Below the pieces are notes generated by a model that worked only from the letters and a program-made list of their open reading frames with translations, was not told where the DNA came from and did no database searches. From positions 31,062,001 to 31,126,000 of the forward strand of contig OZ241834.1 of NCBI GenBank assembly GCA_965202585.1: DNA of 64,000 bases. The letters run 5' to 3'. Shown here in pieces: positions 40,601 to 52,600 of this stretch (its first letter is position 1; each line of letters opens with the position of its first letter). A program made the translations under genes and the position numbers. The DNA comes from Thalia democratica. Taxonomy: Eukaryota.

Positions 40601-43600
40601 AAAATACATTATGATACCATACCTAGATAGATAAGCTCGGAGTCATTTGTTTAAAAAAAAAAAATATTGTTACAATTAATTAATTAAACTTAAAGTAAAA
40701 TAGTTTAGAATATTTTCGCAAAAGGTGTTTTTATTAGCTTTTTTTACGAATGAAAGAACCACTAGAAGTCGCTAATTCAAAAGTTAAATTCAAACCAATG
40801 CAAAAAAAAGATAAAGTACTATTTATAGAAGAATGTAAGCAGGTTTGCTACAAAAAGTTATTGTAGTAGTTTTTAAATTATCCTCCCTATACAAAAAGTT
40901 TATCTTAAGACCAAACAAGAATAGTTCCAGATAGAAGTTTTGAAGCTTAAATGCTGCCTAACTGTATGCAACTTGAATCAACTTAAATTCAGATTAAAAG
41001 ATATAAACATCAAAGAGAAAAAAACATTGTCAAGAAAGAGAAAAAGTGTAGATCAAGGATAAATTCTTACACCAGATTCTTTTAACTTTACTAGAACAAA
41101 ATTTTGAACTAATATTTGCTTTGATTTCAGATTTTCATATTGTTCAACACCGAAAACTTTATGAAATATACAAGATATTGTAATGCAATTTAGAGAAAGT
41201 TTTATCAATATTATTGTGTATTTGTGATAAAATTACTTTAAAAAAAGAGTTTTTTGAATTGTGACGAATGACAACCAGATAGTTTAAGCAATATAATGAA
41301 CTTTTTTTTCTCATTTATTGTAAGTGAACTGGTAGTTATCTAATAATTAAAGCTTCATTTGGAGGTCTTATATCTATACCCGCTAATCATATAAAAAAAT
41401 ATCTAAACCTTCACCTTTCGACTGAAATACTATACTGAACTACAAAAGATTTTTAAAAAACTGACAACAAAAGTTACGTATAGTATGCAAAAAAAAAAGA
41501 AATCATAAGGAAAGTGCAAGATACAATGCAAGTGTTAAAAAGACATTTTAGCTTTAAACAGTAACAATGGCATTCTTTAAACTAAAAAAAAGTGAAATAG
41601 TGTGCAGAAAAATTATAAAGTTCTAATTTGTGCAGTTGTGCTTTCAATCGTGTCCACTTACGAGAAGCTTCCGAGGCGCTGAAGTCTTCTGACCCCTTTT
41701 CTTCTGCTTCTTCTGTTATTAAAATAATTTTTTAAAGTTTAATTGAGTTCTTTTTAACAACTTATGGATAAGAATCATTTTTAACAAATTTGTGGTTTGA
41801 TAAATTAGTTTATGAAATAGTTATTAGGAATAAATTTAAAATGAACTAACTCTTACTGCCATGGCTGTCAATAGGAAGTTGTTTTTGTTGCTGGTCTTCT
41901 ATCAAAACATCAGAAACAAGACACTGTTCAATATTCTCAGATTCTTTTTGAGACAAAGGTTCAAGTTTTATATCCGAAGATGTTTTCAAATCTTTATTAC
42001 TAGTGGGTTCATCAACTGCATTTTCTGCACTAGCATGACTTTTTTCATCATTTTGAGCCGGGATTGTACCCACAATTTTTTTAGAACTTTTCTTTCTTAG
42101 CACTTTTTTGTACCTTTTTTGTTTTGGCCTTTTCGCAGTATCTTCTGTTACTTCATTATTTTTTGATTTTTTTGAGTCATCAACTTTTTCAATTTCAGCT
42201 TTATCGGCAGGTGCTGTTTCTGAAACTATTTCGCCAGAACCAATAGGCTGCTTACTTTCAAAAGAGCCTTTATCACCCAAACCACAATTTTCTACCATGT
42301 CTAAATCAACTAGATCGCTATCAATTATATGTTCGCAATCTTTTATAAACACCGAGTTTGAAACGCTCCAATCGCTCAAACGGGTATCAGTTTGCGCCGC
42401 AACTCTGAACTGGTACTCGAAGCCGACCCGAAGGCCGCCGCATTTGACGCTCAACGAGTTCACTTTCTTGTTTATTCGGTACCACCTCGGTGAGTTGTTT
42501 TCTCTTTTTTCTATGAAGAAACACGTTTCATTGCTGTTTTCAATATGGTAAGCCCACTGTAGCTGTACGACGTTGTAGTTTGGTATTTGTTCAGCTAGAG
42601 TTATTTCTGGAATACTAGAAGTCGCGCTTCGTGTGGTTATTGCTTCAGAAGAAAGCGATGGACCAGAACCTACTTTGTTGCAGGCTTTCACTCTAAACAC
42701 GTACTCAGTACCCGGTTTCAAGTGTTCCACTTTGTAGAAAAGCTCTTTCACTCCGGACGTCACTGAAACTTTCAGCTTTCGTTTCCTGTCGACTTTTTCA
42801 ATGTCGTACCCTGAAATCGAACAGTTTCCTGAAAATTCCGGAGCTTCCCATCTCAGCTCGCAGCTTGTCTCTTTCACCTCTGAAACTTTTAAAACGCCAG
42901 AACATACAGACGGAGCAGTTAGAACCACAACTTTGACGTGCGCCTGGCAGCTACCTAACTCGTTTGTCGCACGGACGACGTAGACACCTTCGAGGTCCTG
43001 TTTAGCTTCGGAGAACCCAACAGAAACTTGGTTTCCCGTCCTAGTCTCCCTGAAATCACTTGGTTCGTTATTTTCCCGCGTCCAGTTTGTTATGGGGTAA
43101 GGGTGACCGGAAATGGTGGCCCTAAGATGGAACGGTTTCGACTCTTCGACTTCAATTTTTGGTGAGTCGATGACTATTTTTGGAATGGTTGGAAGTTTTG
43201 GTTGAATGAAGTTTTTGGACTGCCACAAAAATTCAGGCTCCGAGCCGGTTTCTCTGGTTATTTTGAATAAATAAAAGTGTTCTGGGTTTAAGTTTTCAAC
43301 GTTGTAAGTGTTGGACCGAGAACGGCCCGACTCGACCCAGTGTTCGTTGATGCGGTCCATATAAAAGAATACAAATTTGTCATTAGATTCGTCGGGGTTT
43401 TCAAACGTAATGTTCACCACACCGTCTCTGATGACTGCTAGTTTCGTGTCGGTGAACTCGTCATCTTCGTCTGAAGATGCTTGTATGTAGTCCACTGTTT
43501 CGCAACTTTCTCCCAACCCAATCTTGTTTGCAGCTGAAACTTTTAGCAAAAGCGGATATTTGTTAACCGGCACTGCGCAGTTAGTCAAAGCAGTTTGCTT

Positions 43601-46600
43601 CAAAATATTCCACTCGTTTTCTCCTTGAATTTTCGTCTCAACGAGGTACGACAAGACAGGCAGCCCACCGTTGAACGCTGGAGGGCTCCAAGAGAAAGTG
43701 CTCGTGTTGTTGTAAACAGGAGTGCAGCTCAAGTCAGAGCATTTTTCGGGGGCTGAGTACACGCTCACGTTCACGTGCTTTTCAGTCTTTCCGCAGCTGT
43801 TAGCCGCGATCAGCGAGTATTTTCCTGAATCGGAGACCCGGCAGTTGTCCTTCTTCAAAACGATGCAGTCATCAACGACTTCTCTCTCAAACTCGCTAAA
43901 GTCCAGCTCTTCATCACCAAACTTCCACGATATCTGCGGGTAAGGTTTCCCGCATATCTTCGACGTGATCGTCAAAACGTCGCCGACTTTGACAAAATCG
44001 TTCGTGCTTATTTGCACCACCGGCTTCTCAACGCTCTCATCGACCCTGACTTCCTCGCTCGCTTCACCCGCACCCATCTTGTTCACCGCGAAAACCCTGA
44101 AGTTGTACTTTTCGTCCTTGCTCAGATCCTTGACTTTGATCTTTCTCGCGGTGACCGGGTCCTCATTCACCGTCTTCCATTCTTCCTCGTCATCGCAAGT
44201 CGCTTTCTGCGCGTGGTATCCGCAAATCACGTCTCCCCCGTCCGAGTCCGGCTCGTCCCACTTCAGAGTGACCGAGGACGGGTTCCTGGTGGCCACGTAC
44301 AGATTTTTCGGCGGCCCCGGCGGCGAGCCACCCTGCTTCACTTCCACCAGCTTCGTCTCCTCCGACGGCTCGCTGCACCCGATCGCGTTGAAGCTCCTCA
44401 CCCTGAACTTGTACCTATCGCCCTTGCTCAGGTTGGCGACGCGGTAGTCGAAGCCGGGTATGGGTCGGGAGGTGACCGGGATCCAGTCTTCGTCCTTTTC
44501 GCTCCTGTACTCGATCGAGTAGCCGGTGATCCGCGACCCCCCGTTCACTTCTGGCTCCTCCCACTCGACGGTCACCGCGCTGTCGGTGACGCTTGATATC
44601 GTTGGTTTGTCGGGAGGGCAAGGCGAATCGAACATCAGTTTGACCGTGACGTCATCGGACTCCAGCCAATCGCCGCAACCCTCGCTATTTTCCGCCCTTA
44701 CCCTGAACCGGTACTTCCTGTCCGCCTCGAACCTGGACAGCTTGGCCTTGCAGCGCAACCCGTCTTTCGTGTTGACCGGCAGCATCCAGCGGTCTTGCGC
44801 CAGGTCCATGCGCTCGACGCAGTACCCCGTGATCTCGCTCCCGCCGTCGTCCTCGGGCGGGTTCCAGGTGACCAGCGCGCTGTGAGTGGTTATCTTGGAT
44901 ATTTTTAACGGCGCCACCGGTGGGCCAGGTCTGTCCATGACTTGCACTTTAATCGTGCACTCTGCGCTTCCCAGCTCGTTGACCGCTTTCACGTGGTACA
45001 TGCCCGAGTCGCTCCTCCCTGGGCTTTTGATGCTCATTGTGGTTTTGTCGCCGGTTGTTTTTGTTTTGTGCTTGCTGGGCTTGTTTGGCGCCGTCCACTC
45101 TATTAACGGTGTTGGGCTTCCATTGAACTTTGCTGAAAGTTTCAGAAACTTACCAATTTTTGCAAAGACTTCTTCTTTTTTAGTAAACAGCTGTGGAGGT
45201 TTGAAAACTCCGTCGTAAAATTCAGAGTCTTTATCCTCTTCTATATCTTCGTGGTCACTTTCAATTTCTTCAGTTTCAAATTCATCATCAGCTACAAAGT
45301 TTTCCACGCTTTCATTGTTATCATTCTTTATATTCTGTTCGACCTTTGAGCTACTTGATGCTTTAATTAAATCTGGATGTTGAGTTGATGCTCCTTTTCC
45401 AAACTTGTTCAGAGCTGCCACTCCAACGTAAATGCCATCATTGCCATCGAGCAAAAGCTCAAAACTTTGATTGTCAGTTTCACCTGCATCGTTGAACACA
45501 TCAGCGAAACGGCTTTTGACTGAAACAACGTAAGAAAGAGCTTCTACGTAACTTGCATCGTTTGGCGGATTCCAAGTTATTTTTGCTTTGTTTGCTTCTA
45601 CCTCAACTTGCAGGTTGCGACAAGCGCTTGGCAGCTTGCCTTTAACATTTACCTCCACGCTGTCCGTAACAGTGTCTAAATCATTAGTTGCAGCTGCTGA
45701 GTAAACTCCGCTGTTTTCAGTTGTGACGTCATAGATTGTTAGCTCAATAGCACAATCAGTTTCTTTTATTTCTACATTCTCACAGGGTTTTAGCTCAGCT
45801 TCGTTGCAGCGAAACTTCAACGTCGGCCGAGGTTGACCTCCCACCGAAGCTTTCACAACTAAACTGTCACCTTCGTATAAATCTTCGTTTTGCACTGACA
45901 GTTTCACGCTCGGTGCTTCCCCCGCAACGTTCACGTGCACCGGCGCGCTCGGCTCGCTCGCCCCCTCGAAGTTGCATGCCACCACCCTGAAGCTATAGCC
46001 CCTCCTAGTGTCCAAGTTGCTTATTTTCTTCTGGCACGTGACCACCGGCTCTTCTCCCACTTTCGCCCAATCGTCGCCGCTTTCAAGCCTTTTCTCGATA
46101 AAGTAGCACGTGATCGGGCTGCCGCCGTCGTTTAAAGGGGTTTCCCATGACAGAGACACCGAGCTGTTTTGTGACGTCATTTTTGCTCGCAAGTTCATTG
46201 GCGGGCTCGGAGCCGTGGTAGGGTTCAATAGGGTTAAAAAGTTGGTTGAATTTGAAAAATCGCTTTCCCCTGCCTCGTTAACAGCGGAAACTCGGAATGA
46301 GTACTCGTTTTCCGTGGACAAGTTGAACACTTTAAACTCATTTTCCTTGATTGGTTTCTCAGTTACACACTGCCATTGGTTATCACTGTTACTCAACTGA
46401 TATACTTTGTAACTAACGTAATCGTCATTTTGCAGATGGTTCCAACCTAGACATATAAACTCCGCGCTCACGTCTTTCACTGTAAGATCGTTCGGAGCTT
46501 CCGGTTTCTTCAAAATCCTTTCTATCAAAACGCTTTCAGATTCCAACGAATCGCTCGTGCCGTACTTGTTTTCAGCTAAAATGCGGAACGTGTACTTGCA

Positions 46601-49600
46601 GCCTTCCTCCAACCTGGAAACTTTGCACCTCGTCTTGCTGGCGTCCTTGATCGTGTACGCCAGCATCCACTTACCACTTTCTCCCTTGCGCTTCTGCACG
46701 TAATAACTGTGCACCGCGGAGCCTCCGTCATCACACGGAGCTTTCCACGACAACACCAGGCTGCTCTCGGTCATGTTGGAAACTTCCACCGGCCCTTCAG
46801 GCTTCGAAGGTCGGTCAAAAACTTCAACCAGCACCGAGTCTTCTGCCTGTCCGCAGTCGTTGGTGGCTGTCAGGGTGTACGAACCGCTGTCCTGTCTTGT
46901 CACGCTCTGAATCGTCAGGGTCGTCACGTCCTTGTAGTTTTTCACTGTGACGTTCGAACTGTTCTCTTTTTTAAAGCCCTCCCACTTGACTTTCGGTTTC
47001 GGAAAGCCGAACAGCTTCGCCGTGAGCCTTATCAAGCTTCCTGATTGCGCTGAAATGCCGCTTTTTGTTTTGGCGTTGAACTCAATGCGCGGAGGTACTT
47101 CCACTTCTTTTATGTTTGGGAGTTCTTTCGAAGGCTCCCTCGAAAGGACGCTTCTTTTTTTGTCGATCGGCGACGCTGAAGCGAGCGGTTTCAAACTTTC
47201 CGGGCTAAAACACACGGGTCTGAAGTCTTCTCCGTCGTCGAAGGAAGATCTAATTTTTACCTTTTTACTTTCGTTCGGCAAGCAAATAGTGCTTCTCAAA
47301 ATACTTTTGAGCTGCGCAATCACAACCGGCCTGCTTCTCCCGCACTCGTTTTCCGCTGTTATTTTGAAGGACGATTCTCTGACGTTCGGCTGCTTTTCAA
47401 AATTTACGTAGCAACCGCTCGTATTTTCCAACAGCCTCCAGCCCGGAGTGCCTTTCACTTTCTGCTCAACGACGTAGCTGAGAGGCAGGTTGCCCGAGCT
47501 TTCAGGAGCGCTCCAGGTCATCTTGTACTCGTTCTCGCCGCCCTCACTGCAAACCACGTCGTCCACTATGCCCGGTTTGTGCACGACCCTCACGTCGCAC
47601 TCGTCGCTCGCCTGGCCCGCCTTGTTGGTCACGATGAGCGAGTACTTGCCGTTGTCCCGCTGCTCGCACTGCTCCAGCGAGAAGCTGAACCTCTCCTTGG
47701 TGTGGTCCTGCTTCCACCTCTGCAAGCTGGTCATCGGCTCCTCGTTGAGGAAGAGGTAGAAGTCGGGTCTGGGCGTTCCGGTCACTTGCGCCTCTATCAC
47801 GATCTTCTCTCCCAGGTGCACTTGGCTCGGTGCCGACAGCTTCACGGTTGGAGCTTCCGCCAGCTGCTCGAGCATCACTTCCTTGCTCGGTTCGCTCTCT
47901 CCCGCGCTGTTCACCGCCTTCACGCGCAGCCTGCACCCATCAAGCTCTTCCAAGCTCAAGTCGAGCTCGGTTTCGGTGACTTTGTCGTCCAAGACGTTCC
48001 ACTTTTTGCTGCTTTCATTTTTGTACTGCACGACGTAGCCGGATATGCTGCAGTTGCCATCGTCAGTTGGCTCGGACCATTCAAGAGTGGCGGTGTTTTT
48101 ATCCTTTAGGATCAACGTGAGATCGGAAGGCGGACCGGGCGTCACGAAATTTCTCTTGATGCTCACTAACGAGGTGGGCTGAGACGGATCGCTCGTTCCT
48201 TTCCGGTTGACTGCGCGCACTCTAAACGAATACTCGTGGCTTCTTATCAGCCCCATCACCCTATACGTCGTCTCAACCACCGGCGTTATGGTCGACGTGT
48301 CCCAGTGGTCGTCTCCCTCCTCGATCTGCTCGATGACGTAACCAGTGACGTTGCTGTTCCCGTTGTGCTCGGGTTCGCTCCACTCCAATGAAGCCCAGCT
48401 GTCGCCAATCAGCGCGATGCTGAGGGATTGAGGCGCCGAAGGTACTTCAGTGTTGTCCCTCCGGAAGATCTTCTCCGACACGAGCCACTCAGATTCACCG
48501 TACTTGTTCTCGGCTCGCACTCTGAACTGGTGAACATTTTGTGGCGTGTTTATCTTTACCTCGCACGTCGTGTCCTTGCAATCTACCAAGCATTCTCTCC
48601 ACTCTAAATTATCTGAATCAAACTCTTCTACTTTGTATCTTAAAATCGGAGCGCCACCGTCCTCGTTGGGCTTGTGCCACGACAAGAAGGCGGACTCGCT
48701 GGTGAAGTTTTTGACGAGGAGCTGGCCGGAAGGCGCTGAGGGCAAGTCGAAAATTTTCAGAGAAATATCTTTCTTGCACTTTCCGTGGGAATTAGCTGCC
48801 ACAACGGTGTACTTACCTTCATCACTCCTGGCAGCGTTTTTTATCTCGTACGTCGTCAAACTGCCCTTGTTTTTAATGGTGATTCTCGTCTTGCTGTTCG
48901 GATCCTGGCCCGTCCAACTTACTTCCGGCTTCGGCGAGCCGCTGACGTGAGCTCGCAAACGAACTGTGGTTCCTGCTTTCGCCGTGAAGCATTCGTTGAC
49001 GATTTTCGAAGAAAGCTTGATGCTCGGCTTCTTGCCATTCGATAAATTGTCTTCGACAGACTCAGGGTCAGACTCGACAAAACTAGAAGTTCTGCTCAAT
49101 ACCGGATCTTGACCTGGAAGTTCGTTATCGGAAAAGCTCAGTTTTAGAGGATGAAAGTCGGGCAGCAGCGACATTTTTCTGATGATTCTCCTGTCGGGCA
49201 CGTAGCGGTCGTTTTCAACAAACTTGCCTAGGCCGAGGTCGTTTTCCGCTGCCACCCTGAACCTATACTGCTCGCCCCTTTCAAACGAAAATTCAAGGAA
49301 ATTTGATTGACATGTTCCAAACTGGGTCCAAACCTTCGACGACTTGGTGAGAACTTCGACGATGTAGTGGATTATGCTCATGCCTCCGTCGTCTTCCGGA
49401 CCCTTCCACTCGACTTTGCACGAGCTCATGCTCATATCGCTTGTTTTTACTTCCTTGCACTCGCCGGGCTTGCTTATCACGTTGACAAAGTTCTCGTCGC
49501 TACCCTCGCCCGCCTTGTTCCTGGCCACCAGCGAGTAAACGCCCGAATCCTTCCTCTCGCAAGACTCGAGTCTCAAAGAGACCCGGCTCCCGTCGGAGGA

Positions 49601-52600
49601 AGTTTCTTCCGACCATCTGTTCCACCATTCCAACTCCTCGTTGTTCTTGTACCACGTCAGCTCGGGGTAGGGACTTCCCTCGACCGTAGCGCTGACGACC
49701 AGCTGGTCGCCCGTGACGACCGACGGCTTGCAGCGCATGGTGACGGCGGGCGGGCGGACGGTGTCCATGGCAACGACGACCTGGCTGTAATCGCCCTTGC
49801 CAGCGTTGCTGCACGCCCGCACCCTCAGCTCGTACTTTTTGTCGTCGTAAACGTCGTTCATTTTTATTCTTTCGTCGGCGAAGGCCTTCGTGTTGACGGC
49901 TTCCCATTTTTCCTCGCCTTGCTCTCTTCTCTCGACAAAGTACCCGATGACCGGATACTCCGAGTTTGATTCCGGAGACTCCCAATTAAGAACGATGAGA
50001 AAAGGGTCCCTCGTGACCACTCGGAGGTTGGTCGGAGCCCGAGGAATTGCGACGTTTCTGCTTATTGTGACGTAATCTGTTGGTTGCGAAGGCTCGCTTT
50101 CTCCGACCTTGTTTAAAGACTTCAACCGGAAACAATATTGATCTCCGTTTACGAGACCAATCACTTTGTGCTGAGTGTCGACAATTTTGTCTAGGTACAC
50201 GGGAACCCAGGTTTCGTTTGACCCGGTCTGCGATTTTTCCACAATGTACCCAGTGACTTCAGAACTAAAAAAATCCGTCGGCTGCTCCCACATTAGGTGA
50301 ACGCCGTTGTCGAAAACAGCCTTCACCTGAATATTGCACGGAGCATCGGGCACCGTCGACAAAGTCACAGGGACTAAACTACTCGTCAACCAGTCGCTTT
50401 CTCCGTGGCTGTTGACGGCTTTGACCCTGAACTTGTAAGTTTGATTCAGAACCAGACCGGACAACAAACACTCAGATTTCAATCCGTCCACAGTTTCTTT
50501 TTGCGCGCTCCAACATTCGTCAACGGCCAGTCGCGATTCCACTTTGTACTTTGCAATCGCCAGGCCGCCGTCGTCCTTCGTTGGCGTCCACGTGAGCAGC
50601 GCGCTGTCCTTCCGCACGTTGATCAGGCTTACCGGCGGCTGCGGCTTTCCCGGTTTGTCCACAACGTTGACGCTGGCAATCGCGATCGCCTTACCCGCTT
50701 GGTTCTTGGCGGTGATCATGTAAATGTCCGTGTCGCTCCTTTGAGCGTTCGTCACCACGAAATCGGCCACGCCTCCGTTCAGGATTATCCTCAGCCTGTC
50801 CTTGTTGGCGTCGGTGCTTTGCGCGGTGAACTTTATCTCCGGTTCGGGGAACCCCTCCACCACGGCGCTGAACTTTATTTCCTGCCCGACGTAACCGTCG
50901 ATTCCCGCCTCCACGTACTCGAGGAAGCGTATGGTCGGCTTCTCACCGACGAAATCGTCTTCTTCATCATCTTCTTCTTGTGATTCTTCTTTTCGTAGGT
51001 TTGTTTCTTCTGCTTGTTGTTCCGTTTCTTCTTCTTCTTTAATGCTTTCTAGAACGTTTTCAGACAAAGCTTTTTCCAGGTCTTTTGAAACTGGAGCTTT
51101 GTCGTTAGTTTCGTCTGAAGCAGGCGACAATTTGCCAACATCGTTACTTTCCTCTGTTTCAATCTCTTCATCTACCATCTCTGGGATATCTTCAAAGAAG
51201 ACTGTAGGTATGTTGTTTTCTGACTCCATTTCAACTTCTTCTTCAATGTCTGACAACTTTTCTGATGATTCGCTCGAACTTTCCGTTTCGGACGGCACTT
51301 TCTGAGGTTCTTCGTCAATATTTTCAACTGTTGTTGGATCTTCTAAAGTGTCTACATGTATGCATGCAGGCTCACTGGATCCTGAACTGTTGATGCTGTA
51401 CAGTGACACGTTGTACTTTGTGTCAGGACTGAGGTTTTCTACTTCAAAAGAGTTTTCTTCGATGATGAACTCTTTTGGCTTGTCTTCATCGTCCGGCTTT
51501 AAGTTCTCCCTGAAAATTTATAGTTTGTTTTACTGGCAAAAAGAATACAAAAGCCTGAGTATAGAAAACAACTTTGCATTAAATAACTGTTTTGATGGTA
51601 CTTACAAGAAAAAATTTATGAACTTTTTCTTTACTTACAAAATAACTTTGTAGTGGGTGACTTCCTCTTCAGAACTTGGCTCGTTCCATTTCACATGGAT
51701 CATTTCAGTTGTCACGGATTTCAAATGCAAGTTTTCCGGCTTGCTAGGTTTTTCTATTAAAATAAATATAATTTTTTAAAAGTAAATGCATAAAAGTATT
51801 TAAGGCTATCTTTTGATTTTTTGAATTTATAACCAATTAAAACTTTAAAAGGTTAAGCTTACATTAAGTTGATATACAAAACTAAATTTTTAATAAAGTT
51901 ATCCCCATAAAGTTTTTACCATCTTATAGCATTTAAAACGTAAGCATCTCAAAAAAATTAAGTTAAGTGTTCCCTTTTAAAAATGAAAAGTTACGTATAT
52001 ACTTTTAGTCATTGAGATATGTAAATGGACTTAATTAAGTTTCTGAAACTTTTATCACATAAAAAATTCAGAAATCGAATACACTAACTTGGTTTCAGGT
52101 AATTAATTTCTGTTTCGTCTGAAGGCCTTCCGATTCCAACCTCGTTTTCAGCACTAACGCGAAACTTGTAACCGACCTTGTGGTTGAGCCGGTTTGTCTG
52201 TTTGAAAGTATCAAACATCAAATAGTTTTTTAATTTTTCAATAAAAATTTTGAGCTTTGTTTGAAATCGACAATTACTTTTTTAAAAGTTGTTTAAAAAT
52301 AAAAAACTTTGATTCAAAAACTTTCACCTGCTAAGTTACTCGATTTTAACACATAAAGAAAGAAACAAGTCAAGGCAACCTTTAAAAAATAAGTTTCTGA
52401 TCTGATTAAAAGGTTAAGTAAGCAACAAAAAGTAAAAGCTTTAAAGGTGGTTAAATAAAGCAGCTTTTACCGTGAAACTCAAAACGTCAGGCGGTTTCTC
52501 CCCGACGCGCTTCCACAGCATCGTGACGTCATCGTGCTGCTCTATGAGGTACGCCACCACGCCGCAGCTCTGTGACGTCATCGCTTCCGGCTCGTCCCAC

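Noticed and set aside
41405-41425. Possible 7- or 13-nt microexon (ttcag|TCGAAAG|gtgaag|gtttag)
   Set aside because: Neither length preserves frame and such motifs are expected by chance.
38100-41600. Nested gene or RNA gene in the 3.5-kb AT-rich stretch
   Set aside because: No ORF of note, no tRNA/rRNA/snRNA signature and no repeat structure that I could recognise by eye.
50940-51340. Glu-rich spacer as a PEVK segment
   Set aside because: It is E/S/D-rich with few prolines, shows no PPAK-type repeats and lies C-terminal of the I/A junction.
51600-51638. Second GTAAGT donor 33 nt downstream of the 51639 exon end
   Set aside because: The extension reads TTG TAA immediately, so it is not a coding variant; no other support.
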